The notes under the pieces: generated by a model
What the model saw: only the letters and a program-made list of their open reading frames with translations
Told to the model about the DNA's origin: nothing
The model's database searches: none
Position numbers and translations under genes: made by a program
IMG/VR virus record: IMGVR_UViG_3300037483_000173
From: a virus
Length of the DNA stretch: 41,934 bases
Strand: one strand, 5' to 3'
In this document: piece by piece, positions 8,209 to 16,091 of the stretch
Layout: each line of letters opens with the position of its first letter
How positions within the stretch are numbered: the first letter of the stretch is position 1

Positions 8209-8490
8209 TCAACCCCCTGCGGCGCGGTTCAGTGCAGCGGTTTCGATGTCCTGGGCCAGTCCTGACATGAGATCCGATGGCGGCACACAATTCCCGCCCG
8301 AGCGGCGCATGCAGGACAGCGTGGCCGCGGCGATGATGGCCTCGTGGTGATTCGCCGGGGCATAGCCCTGCGTCTTCCACAGGCTGATGGCTTGCTGGGT
8401 AACATGGACGTTGTGTTCGGCCAGGGCATCCCGGAGGGCGATCTGCCCCCCGGCGAAAGCGATGGCGCTGGCGATAGCGGAATCATTCAT
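8209..8490 (-). CDS. Cro/YdaS-like HTH DNA-binding protein
   Basis: I place the start at ATG 8490 after AAGGAG. The HTH-like segment is ..LAEHNVHVTQQAISLWKTQG... 93 aa. Confidence 0.6.
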   Translation of the reverse strand: MNDSAIASAIAFAGGQIALRDALAEHNVHVTQQAISLWKTQGYAPANHHEAIIAAATLSCMRRSGGNCVPPSDLMSGLAQDIETAALNRAAGG

Positions 8491-8501
8491 AAGTAGTTCT
8501 C

Positions 8502-8544
8502 CTTGTACAAGCGACAGGATAGAGAGGGCGCGCATAAAACACAA
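8502..8544 (-). promoter_or_regulatory. Putative minus-strand promoter with a CTTGTACAAG operator in the leader
   Basis: Reverse complement gives TTGTGT (8544-8539), a 17-bp spacer and TATCCT (8521-8516). The palindrome is at 8502-8511, just upstream of the RBS. Confidence 0.45.
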
Positions 8545-8611
8545 GCGAAAGAATTTTCTATGGGCCATAAGAATATTCCATGGGCTTCTTGAACTTTTTT
8601 GCGCGAAAGGA

Positions 8612-8641
8612 CTTGTACAAGTCTCCGAGAGCGACTAGAGT
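8612..8641 (+). promoter_or_regulatory. Putative plus-strand promoter for the replication block, with CTTGTACAAG overlapping the -35
   Basis: TTGTAC at 8613-8618, a 17-bp spacer and TAGAGT at 8636-8641. The palindrome is at 8612-8621. Confidence 0.45.
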
Positions 8642-8668
8642 ACGTCTCAGGCAACCGGAGAAAAGACG

Positions 8669-8887
8669 ATGGATTTTACCAATTTGACCAACGAAGAGTT
8701 GAGCCTCATCGGTGATAGCTATATCTCTACCCCACTGGAGTGGGTGCTTATGGACCGCCTCGATGCGCTGCTGGCCGGGGATCCGGAAATCGAAGAACTG
8801 GAAGCCCGCATTGCGGAACTGGAAGAAGAAAATCGCGAATTGAAGTCCAATCTCGCCGATTGTGAAGCTGAAATTGACAACAACTGA
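8669..8887 (+). CDS. Hypothetical acidic coiled-coil protein
   Basis: 72-aa ORF with GGAGA RBS. Confidence 0.6.
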   Translation: MDFTNLTNEELSLIGDSYISTPLEWVLMDRLDALLAGDPEIEELEARIAELEEENRELKSNLADCEAEIDNN

Positions 8888-8898
8888 AGGAGAAAAGC

Positions 8899-9273
8899 AT
8901 GTCCCTGGAAAAGAGCATTGAAGACCTGAACCGCAGCGTGGGTACGCTCTGTGACCTCACCAACAAGCTGGTCGAGATGGGCGGCCCTGCGGATGCCCCC
9001 GCCAGGATCGTCGAACCTGACCCTATCGCGGAGAGCATCGCCGCCGACGAAGAGCAAGCCCCCGAGCCGGAGAAGGCCGAAGAGGCGGAACCCACTGCGC
9101 CCCTCACCGCCGACGACCTCAGGGCGCAGTTCGTCGCCCTGGTCAACGCCAAGAGCAGCGCAGCGATGCACGCCATCCTCAAGCACTTTGGCGCGGCCAA
9201 GCTGTCCGGCATCCAGCCCGAGCAGTACGGTGCGGTGGCTGAGGCCATTGAGCAAGCGATGGGGGCGGAGTAA
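8899..9273 (+). CDS. Hypothetical protein
   Basis: 124-aa ORF after a GGAGA RBS. Its end abuts the next start. Confidence 0.6.
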   Translation: MSLEKSIEDLNRSVGTLCDLTNKLVEMGGPADAPARIVEPDPIAESIAADEEQAPEPEKAEEAEPTAPLTADDLRAQFVALVNAKSSAAMHAILKHFGAAKLSGIQPEQYGAVAEAIEQAMGAE

Positions 9274-10520
9274 TGGCTGCCCACGCAAAACTCAGCCCCA
9301 GCTCCGCCCATCGCTGGATGCGCTGCCCCGGTAGCGTGGCGATGGAAGAGGGTATCCCGGATAAAGGCAGCGTCTACGCCGACGAGGGCACCGCCGCGCA
9401 CTTCCTGGCCGAGCAGTGCCTGTCCTTCGAGGTAGATGCCGCCGCCAGTATCGGCCAGCGTATCTGCCTGTGGGTGGACGAGGACGCCGGCGAGTCCGGC
9501 ACCGACTGGGAGGACGACCTGCCCGCCAGTTGCGATGTCGCCAACGACTTCGTGGTGGACGACGAGATGGCCGAGAACGTGCAGGTCTATCTCGACGCCG
9601 TGCGCCAGTATGCCGATGGCGGTCAACTCCTGGTCGAGCAACGACTGCCGATCGGCTTTATGACCGGCGAGGACGATGCCCACGGCACCGCCGATGCCGT
9701 TATCCTGCTGGACGACGAGCTGCAGGTGCACGACCTGAAATACGGACGCGGCGAGCGTGTCAATGCTGGGAACAACAAGCAGCTGATGATGTATGCAGCC
9801 GCCGCGCTCGAGCAGTACAGCATGTTGGGCGACTTCGAGCGGGTGCGGGTATGTATCCACCAGCCGCGCAAACAGCACCTGTCCGAGTGGGATTGTTCTG
9901 TAACCGATCTCAATGGCTTCATCGGGGACGTGGCTACCGTGTCGGGTGTGATCGCCGCTGGCGAAGGGGACCTGAACCCCGGAGATGAAACCTGCCGCTG
10001 GTGCAAGGCCAAAGCCCGCGCATTGGATACGGGGGTGGTCATCTGTCCCGCCCTGCGGGCCGAGGTCGAGGCGGTAACCGGTGCCGAGTTCGATAACCTG
10101 GACCAGACCGAGTTGCCCAAGCCCGAGGCCGACGACCTGCCGGCCGTGTTCGCCAAGCTGGACCTCATCGAGAAGTGGTGTGCCGCGGTACGCGAGGCGG
10201 CCTACGAGGCGGCAGAACGCGGTCAGCTCGAGGGATATAAGCTGGTGGCCGGGCGCCGCGGCAATCGCGCATGGGGCAGCAACGAGGCCGAAGCTGAGAA
10301 GCTGCTGAAGGGCATGCGGTACAAGAAGGAGGAGATGTATTCCTTCAAGCTGCTGTCCCCCGCCCAGGTGGAGAAGCTGCTGAAAGGATCGCCACGCCGC
10401 TGGGCTAAAGTGTCCAAGCTGATCACGCAAGGGGACGGCAAGCCCACCCTGGCCCCGGCGTCAGATCCCCGGCCCGCCATTGGCGGACTGGAAAACGACT
10501 TCAACGCGCTCGACGCCTAG
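9273..10520 (+). CDS. PD-(D/E)XK / Cas4-like nuclease (DUF2800-like)
   Basis: 415 aa. The N-terminus [16 protein letters not shown] and a Cys cluster (CRWCKAKA) match my recollection of DUF2800 phage nucleases. Confidence 0.7.
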   Translation: MAAHAKLSPSSAHRWMRCPGSVAMEEGIPDKGSVYADEGTAAHFLAEQCLSFEVDAAASIGQRICLWVDEDAGESGTDWEDDLPASCDVANDFVVDDEMAENVQVYLDAVRQYADGGQLLVEQRLPIGFMTGEDDAHGTADAVILLDDELQVHDLKYGRGERVNAGNNKQLMMYAAAALEQYSMLGDFERVRVCIHQPRKQHLSEWDCSVTDLNGFIGDVATVSGVIAAGEGDLNPGDETCRWCKAKARALDTGVVICPALRAEVEAVTGAEFDNLDQTELPKPEADDLPAVFAKLDLIEKWCAAVREAAYEAAERGQLEGYKLVAGRRGNRAWGSNEAEAEKLLKGMRYKKEEMYSFKLLSPAQVEKLLKGSPRRWAKVSKLITQGDGKPTLAPASDPRPAIGGLENDFNALDA

Positions 10521-10550
10521 AAGCAATCAACCAACGAAGAGAGGCATCAA

Positions 10551-11123
10551 ATGGCTATTGTAAAACTGAAAGATGTGCGCCTGGCGTTCCCCAATCTGTT
10601 CAAACCGGAGGCAGTGGGCGGCAGTGACACCAAATACTACTCTTGTGCATTCCCTATCGTGCCGGGCGGTGAGAACGACAAAGCACTGGATGCGGCCGTC
10701 GAAGAAACGGCTAAAGCCAAATGGGGTCCGAAGGCTGCCGCCATCCTCAAGACCATCAAGGACAAGGGCGATATCGGCTACAAGCCCCGCCCGCTGACTA
10801 ATGGCGAAGGGGATGTGTACGACGGCTTTGAGGGCATGTACTCCGTTAACGCCACCCGCCGTGAGGATAAAGGCCCGCCGCTCGTAGTTGACCGCAACGC
10901 CACTCCGCTCTCGGCTAACTCCGGCCGTATTTACGGCGGCTGCTGGGTTAATGCCACGGTGGAAATCTGGGCGCAGGACAACCAATACGGCAAGAAGATC
11001 AACGTGCAACTGCGCGGGGTCCAGTTCTCCCGCGATGGCGATGCCTTCGGCGGCGGCGCCCCGTTGAGCGAAGATGAGTTCGCCGCCTTGCCGGATGACC
11101 CTGCGGACGAGCTGTTCGACTAA
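10551..11123 (+). CDS. Phage ssDNA-binding protein (DUF2815-like)
   Basis: 190 aa with N-terminus VKLKDVRLAFPNLF and an acidic tail. It occupies the usual position next to a DUF2800-like gene. Confidence 0.65.
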   Translation: MAIVKLKDVRLAFPNLFKPEAVGGSDTKYYSCAFPIVPGGENDKALDAAVEETAKAKWGPKAAAILKTIKDKGDIGYKPRPLTNGEGDVYDGFEGMYSVNATRREDKGPPLVVDRNATPLSANSGRIYGGCWVNATVEIWAQDNQYGKKINVQLRGVQFSRDGDAFGGGAPLSEDEFAALPDDPADELFD

Positions 11124-11151
11124 CCCCCTAGCCGGCCCCATCCGGCGACCT

Positions 11152-11182
11152 CCCCCTTGGCCTCTGCGCCAGGGGGCTTTTT
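11152..11182 (+). terminator. Rho-independent terminator (putative)
   Basis: cccccttgg, a loop, then ccaggggg followed by cttttt. Confidence 0.5.
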
Positions 11183-11196
11183 GCGGAGGACTGTAA

Positions 11197-11487
11197 ATGA
11201 GCAAACGGAAAGACATGATTGAGGCGCTGGCGACAAGCATGAACCGTGAAATGGTGCCGTGGTTGATTGAGTGGATACGCAACCCAAACAGGAAAGAGGC
11301 GATGCATGCCTTCACCGAAGGACCGGTGCGCCAAGTGGCGTATGCGGTCGAATACGCGTTGAAACTTGAACGCGAGACAACGCCAGTGCTGCCCCCGTTC
11401 ACGATGCGACCGGCTGCGCAATGTCCTCGGTGCGGATTCGTGCAGTACGTCACCGAGAGGCCCAACGCTGCTGGCGTTCCGCGATGA
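11197..11487 (+). CDS. Hypothetical protein
   Basis: 96-aa ORF with GGAGG RBS. Confidence 0.55.
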   Translation: MSKRKDMIEALATSMNREMVPWLIEWIRNPNRKEAMHAFTEGPVRQVAYAVEYALKLERETTPVLPPFTMRPAAQCPRCGFVQYVTERPNAAGVPR

Positions 11488-11564
11488 ACTGCTACGGCTG
11501 GCTCTGCATTCCGCCACATAACGGCTTGGGTGAGACGCGCGCGGATTAACACGAGGACCGAAAC

Positions 11565-11852
11565 ATGAGCACACAGCCGGAACGAAACCACGACACCACG
11601 GAAGAGCAACGCAGTAGCGCGTCGAACTCTACCCAATTGTTATCTGGCCGCCTCCTGCCATGCGGCACCTACACGAAAGTGGGCGCTGATTGGCAAGACT
11701 CAGAGGCAACGCAACGAGATCTGCCGCGCAATACGCGAGGCCAGATAACGGCGGGCATGAGTTGCCGCCCACCGAACTGTAATTTTAGCACCGCGTTACG
11801 CGGTCAACTCGATGCCCTGGTTAGGGGCGCTGCTGAACGGAGACGGGGATGA
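11565..11852 (+). CDS. Hypothetical protein
   Basis: 95-aa ORF with GAGGA RBS. Its stop overlaps the next ATG (ATGA). Confidence 0.4.
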   Translation: MSTQPERNHDTTEEQRSSASNSTQLLSGRLLPCGTYTKVGADWQDSEATQRDLPRNTRGQITAGMSCRPPNCNFSTALRGQLDALVRGAAERRRG

Positions 11853-12052
11853 GAGCAACAACCGATGCAATATCCATCAAACTAACTCGCGACGAGGGGA
11901 TGCAGTTGCGCAGCCAGATCATCAAGTTGGCTGGCGGCACAACGATGGAACTCCACGCTGGCGACCTGCGCGGGACACCGCTGGCGCACCTGTTCGAGCT
12001 GCTTAGCGGCAATTTCGAGAACAGCACGAAGGGCGTGAACTTCACAGAGTAA
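11849..12052 (+). CDS. Hypothetical protein
   Basis: 67-aa ORF coupled to the upstream gene. Confidence 0.5.
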   Translation: MRATTDAISIKLTRDEGMQLRSQIIKLAGGTTMELHAGDLRGTPLAHLFELLSGNFENSTKGVNFTE

Positions 12053-12107
12053 GCCCCTAACGATTAGCTGAGCGGCCCGCGACAACGAAGGCACGGAGAC
12101 ACAGACG

Positions 12108-12359
12108 ATGAGCAAAAGCACTGCACCAGAAGCCGGCGATGCTTTAGCGGGTCGCGACTCTAGCGTTTTGTTAGGCTGCCCGTTTTGCGGAGGAGAGGCC
12201 AGACCGACAGCACACCTTACCTATTCGTGGTTTGCGCCGGTCTGTAAATCATGCGGAGCGCGCGGGCCGGCTGTGCGCATCGAGCGCGGTCCGGACCCGC
12301 AAAAGATGCGAGAACTGATGAACAAGGCGGACGCCCTCTGGAACACCAGGGCGGGCTAA
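12108..12359 (+). CDS. Lar-like restriction-alleviation protein (zinc ribbon)
   Basis: 83 aa with CPFCGG...CKSCG and a C-terminal A..WN.R, as I recall for the Lar family. Confidence 0.6.
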   Translation: MSKSTAPEAGDALAGRDSSVLLGCPFCGGEARPTAHLTYSWFAPVCKSCGARGPAVRIERGPDPQKMRELMNKADALWNTRAG

Positions 12360-12398
12360 CGATTTAGTTAATTCGCCGGAGCGAAGCGGAGGTCGAAA

Positions 12399-13049
12399 TT
12401 GAACGTTTTGTTAGCTGCCCTTTTTGTTCAACGTGACGGGGCATATTTTGGCGTTCCGGGGGTTTGCCCGTGGGACGAAGACCGGGACGCGAGGAAGTAC
12501 GCCGGGCCGCACCCAGTAGTGGCGCACCCGCCGTGCCAGCGGTGGGGGAAAATGCGGGCGGGCCAACCCGCATGGATAGCGCGAACCGGAGAGCGCAAGG
12601 AGAAGGGCGACGACGGCGGATGCTTCAAGGCGGCGCTTTCCGCAGTGAGAAAATACGGCGGAGTGCTTGAACACCCGATGAGCAGTCACGCCTGGGCGCA
12701 TTTCGGTCTGACTAAGCCGCCGAGAAAAGGAGGCTGGGTAAAAGCTGACGATTTCGGCGGATGGACGTGCTGTGTAGAGCAAGGGCGATACGGGCACTAT
12801 GCGCCAAAGCCGACTTGGCTTTATGCAGTTGGCTGCGAATTACCAGAACTACGCTGGGGGAAATATGAAGTTAAAGATGAGGACTTTCCGGCATGGGCAA
12901 TGGATAAATACGGGCGCGAGAAGTGCCGCAAGGCCGGGCTATTGGCCTTCAAAGGCGGCGGCAAAGACAGTACGGCACGCATTCACACGCCGCCAGAATT
13001 TAGAGATCTGTTGCTTGGGATTGCCGCGACGGCCGGCAAGGGCAGCTAA
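12399..13049 (+). CDS. C5-methyltransferase-like protein with a PCQ motif but no recognisable SAM-binding motif I
   Basis: TTG start six nt after GGAGG. 216 aa. It contains AHPPCQRWG (motif IV-like), VLEHP (an ENV-like position) and C-terminal HTPPEFRDLL. There is no FxGxG. Confidence 0.5.
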   Translation: MNVLLAALFVQRDGAYFGVPGVCPWDEDRDARKYAGPHPVVAHPPCQRWGKMRAGQPAWIARTGERKEKGDDGGCFKAALSAVRKYGGVLEHPMSSHAWAHFGLTKPPRKGGWVKADDFGGWTCCVEQGRYGHYAPKPTWLYAVGCELPELRWGKYEVKDEDFPAWAMDKYGREKCRKAGLLAFKGGGKDSTARIHTPPEFRDLLLGIAATAGKGS

Positions 13050-13140
13050 CGCACTAACTCAGGCGACCGCTGCCGCGCCTGAGCAGCATGATAAAACTGA
13101 GACGCGACACGCGGCAGCGGGTCGCATGGAGTGACGGGTT

Positions 13141-13431
13141 ATGCACAGTTTTGACGACGACAAAGGTAGGCGCTGGACTGCCTGTTGCGAATGCAACCGA
13201 GGCGGTAACGGGAACGACGAGCACAAATGCTCCTGCGGCTGGCGCGTGACAGAGTGGAACGGAGCCGGATGCTTTCTCGGAGCTGGGATTGTTGGAGAGG
13301 TGAAAACAGTGAAGGCCAGCCGCTCCAAACAGAGGTACAGGCGGTATCTGGAATACGGGGATGGGTTTGACTCATTCATTAACTATTGCCGATGGGACGC
13401 AGATCCAGAGAGAAGCTGGAACTGTGCATAA
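13141..13431 (+). CDS. Cys-rich hypothetical protein
   Basis: 96-aa ORF containing CCECNRGGNGNDEHKCSCGW. Confidence 0.5.
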   Translation: MHSFDDDKGRRWTACCECNRGGNGNDEHKCSCGWRVTEWNGAGCFLGAGIVGEVKTVKASRSKQRYRRYLEYGDGFDSFINYCRWDADPERSWNCA

Positions 13432-13529
13432 CGTGAAAGCTGAAGCGCGCCGCACTGGCGCATGATGAAACCGCGACGCTTACCGGCGTCGCTTCGAGCG
13501 CCGGGTTAGGCGCTGCACAACCAAAGGAG

Positions 13530-13745
13530 ATGAAAGTGAAGCCACATTACTTTGAACAAGAGGCGGCGGACGCAGACGACATGATGCTTGGCATGGCGAA
13601 GATGCAAGGCTATGTGCCGCAAGGGTGCCTGCTCGGCGGAATGGTTGTGATGGCAGAAACGCAGGAAGGAAGAAACGCCTGCTGGGGCTGCAACGGGCCA
13701 CGCGAGAAATGCGGCGGCAAACCGAAGCGAGAAATGGGCGCCTAA
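13530..13745 (+). CDS. Hypothetical protein
   Basis: 71-aa ORF. GTG at 13536 has better spacing from GGAG than the ATG does. Confidence 0.5.
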   Translation: MKVKPHYFEQEAADADDMMLGMAKMQGYVPQGCLLGGMVVMAETQEGRNACWGCNGPREKCGGKPKREMGA

Positions 13746-13791
13746 CGATTAGCTGAGCGGCCCGCGGCACGAAGGCGAGGAGACACCGAGA

Positions 13792-14124
13792 ATGAACGAA
13801 GCCACAACACCTGAAACCGGCAACGCTTTAGCGGGTCGCGACTCTAGCGAATTGTTATATGGCGAATGGCAACCGATGGAAACAGCGCCGAACGACGGAA
13901 CAGAGGTTCTACTCCGCGTTGAATACAGAGCCGGTATCCCCGGGAAGTGCCTGGTGGGACACTACATGGGCGGCGGGCACTGCATCGAGGATCACCCCCC
14001 AATTGATTCTGGATGGTATTTCTGGAACGGCTGCATGTTCGACAACCGAGCGAAGCCGATTGAATGGATGCCGATACCGGAATGGCCATATAACGCCAAG
14101 TTCAGCGGAGCCGCCAATGAATAA
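13792..14124 (+). CDS. DUF551-like protein
   Basis: 110 aa. WQPMETAPNDGTEVLL and C-terminal WMPIPEWP resemble DUF551. The N-terminal 20 codons are shared with the Lar-like gene. Confidence 0.55.
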   Translation: MNEATTPETGNALAGRDSSELLYGEWQPMETAPNDGTEVLLRVEYRAGIPGKCLVGHYMGGGHCIEDHPPIDSGWYFWNGCMFDNRAKPIEWMPIPEWPYNAKFSGAANE

Positions 14125-14914
14125 CCAGATAAAACGCCCGATGTTCCCGGCTTCCGCTGAAACGCCTTGTTACACGGTTTTAGACCTCTTTTCGGGAATT
14201 GGCGGCTTCAGCCTTGGCCTCGAAAGAACCGGAGGGTTTAAGACCGTGGCATTTTGCGAGATTGACCAGGATTGCCGTGCTGTGTTGGGCAAGCATTGGC
14301 CGGGAACGCCGATATTTACGGATGTGAGAGAGGTTAAAAATGTTACAGCAGACGTTGTTTGCGGAGGTTTTCCTTGCCAGCCATTTAGCAGCATCAACAC
14401 CAGAGGGCGAAAGGGGGAGGAACATGCAGGGTATTTGTGGCCCGAAATGCTCAGAGTTATTGCCGAAACAAGACCCGCTTGGGTGCTTGGAGAAAATGTT
14501 TTGCGACTTAAACACATGGCCCTCGACACCATACAAAATGACCTTGAAGAGATCGGCTACGAAAGCAGGGCGTTTGTTGTGCCAGCTTGCGCCATTGGAT
14601 CGCCGCAACTGCGGGAAAGGGTTTTCGTGGTGGCGCACTCCCAGAGCCAGCGAAAGCCAAGAGCCGTGGAGACAGGTAAAGGAGAGGCGGCAACGGATGC
14701 GCGAAGCTGGCGACACACAGACCGGCGACCTGTACGGAACGACCCAGCAAGCGCAGATTGCGGACGGCGTGGAGAATGGCCACCTTATACCGGAGTTTGT
14801 CGAGTGGCTCCAGGGCTACCCGGAAGGGTGGACAAGGCTAGAATAAGGCAACTAGGAAATACAGTGCTGCCCGGAATTACCGAGATTTTCGGGCGGATGC
14901 TGTTGTCAGTGTAA
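14117..14914 (+). CDS. DNA (cytosine-5)-methyltransferase; the middle of the gene looks frame-disrupted (see finding)
   Basis: Motif I DLFSGIGGF, IV GGFPCQPFS, VI GENV, VIII QLRERVFVVA and X LGNTVLP are all in this frame. The ATG overlaps the end of the previous gene. Confidence 0.75.
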   Translation: MNNQIKRPMFPASAETPCYTVLDLFSGIGGFSLGLERTGGFKTVAFCEIDQDCRAVLGKHWPGTPIFTDVREVKNVTADVVCGGFPCQPFSSINTRGRKGEEHAGYLWPEMLRVIAETRPAWVLGENVLRLKHMALDTIQNDLEEIGYESRAFVVPACAIGSPQLRERVFVVAHSQSQRKPRAVETGKGEAATDARSWRHTDRRPVRNDPASADCGRRGEWPPYTGVCRVAPGLPGRVDKARIRQLGNTVLPGITEIFGRMLLSV

Positions 14915-14976
14915 CGGCAATTTAAGGGGCCGGAGCGACAGCGACGGTCCCGCTTGAAATTATTGTTATATTCCCC

Positions 14977-15005
14977 TTGACGCGGTACGCATTGCGTACT
15001 ATTAT
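14977..15005 (+). promoter_or_regulatory. Strong sigma70-type promoter with a palindromic operator in the spacer
   Basis: TTGACG at 14977-14982, a 17-bp spacer and TATTAT at 15000-15005. The spacer holds GTACGCA-T-TGCGTAC at 14985-14999. Confidence 0.6.
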
Positions 15006-15056
15006 TAACTCAACGGTAAGGGGCAGGCCCTGACCGATACCAAGGGGAACGACGAA

Positions 15057-15272
15057 ATGAAACAGCTAATTGATTTTGCAGAGAACGCATGGCATTTCAG
15101 TAACGACGAAAACACCGTCCGTGTTGATGTAGACAAGGAGCTCTACCCTGACGGTGAATACTATTTCAGGGTAACGAAAATGCACAACGATGCAGGCGGG
15201 ACAATAATTCAGACTGAGTTGCAGTTGAGCGAAGACGCGGCAAAAAACCTCGTTGAGTTGTGGACTAAATGA
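15057..15272 (+). CDS. Hypothetical protein
   Basis: 71-aa ORF downstream of the promoter. Confidence 0.55.
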   Translation: MKQLIDFAENAWHFSNDENTVRVDVDKELYPDGEYYFRVTKMHNDAGGTIIQTELQLSEDAAKNLVELWTK

Positions 15273-15490
15273 CCTGGGATGAACTGAACGAGGCCCGGCG
15301 AAAGCTGGGCCTCACTGAGGCGCAGATGGCGAGCCTGCTGCAGGTCGGGTTGAGCACCTACAAGGGATGGAGTGGAAAGGACCCTCGCCGCAAGGCGGGG
15401 CCCCCTGATTACATCGCGGCCAGCGTAGAGGCTCACATGATGTTGAATAAGCTGGCTCTCGGCAAGCTGAGGGCTGGCCGGGGAATATAA
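15269..15490 (+). CDS. XRE-type HTH protein
   Basis: 73 aa with LGLTEAQMASLLQVGLSTYKGW. ATGA coupling to the upstream gene. Confidence 0.6.
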   Translation: MTWDELNEARRKLGLTEAQMASLLQVGLSTYKGWSGKDPRRKAGPPDYIAASVEAHMMLNKLALGKLRAGRGI

Positions 15491-15509
15491 CGATTGGAGG
15501 TAAGCGGCG

Positions 15510-15737
15510 ATGCTGGAAAGAAAGGTTGAATGCGAGGACTGCGGTGAAACGTATCCGCCAGGATGGCCGCACACATGCGGATCGTCCGCTTCACCGACTT
15601 GTTCAACGGCGGACCTGAACGAAGGCGTTTGGTTTCAGTCGGCGGTTTCCGGTGGATGGTATCGGAACCACAAGGCGGCGGGAGCCGTGCGAATGGTTAT
15701 GGTCGACGGGCGCTCTTACTTTCGAGATGGCGCATAG
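15510..15737 (+). CDS. Hypothetical protein with an N-terminal CxxC..C motif
   Basis: 75-aa ORF with GGAGG RBS. Confidence 0.5.
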   Translation: MLERKVECEDCGETYPPGWPHTCGSSASPTCSTADLNEGVWFQSAVSGGWYRNHKAAGAVRMVMVDGRSYFRDGA

Positions 15738-15788
15738 CCGTTGAACACTGGACTATACGGACTGTGCAAAGTCGTGGATTGAGGATCA

Positions 15789-16091
15789 ATGACTTATAGG
15801 GTAAACAAAAAGGCAAGGAAGTTGTGGTCCGAACAGGCTAACGCCAAAAAAGAGCGCTTGCGCATGCAGCGTAGCGAGCGTGACCCGCTTGTTGACCTCG
15901 ATCCATATCTCAAAATAACAGTGGAGCGGAAGGCAACAGGAGAGATCGCTGTGTTCGAGTGCTTTGAAGGCGACAGGATCGACAACTACCGCGTCTACTG
16001 CAATGACGCGTTCCAGGGCGTGCAGAGCATAAGCACGATAACCAAGAATCTTCGCAAAGCACTGCCGAGATTCCGTAGGATGGACGAATGA
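15789..16091 (+). CDS. Hypothetical protein
   Basis: 100-aa ORF with GAGGA RBS. ATGA coupling to the polymerase gene. Confidence 0.55.
   Translation: MTYRVNKKARKLWSEQANAKKERLRMQRSERDPLVDLDPYLKITVERKATGEIAVFECFEGDRIDNYRVYCNDAFQGVQSISTITKNLRKALPRFRRMDE

Noticed and set aside
8209-8490. Lysogeny module (repressor/integrase) implied by the Cro-like and XRE-like HTH genes
   Set aside because: I found no integrase, recombinase, excisionase or attP-like feature. Small HTH regulators alone do not show a temperate lifestyle.
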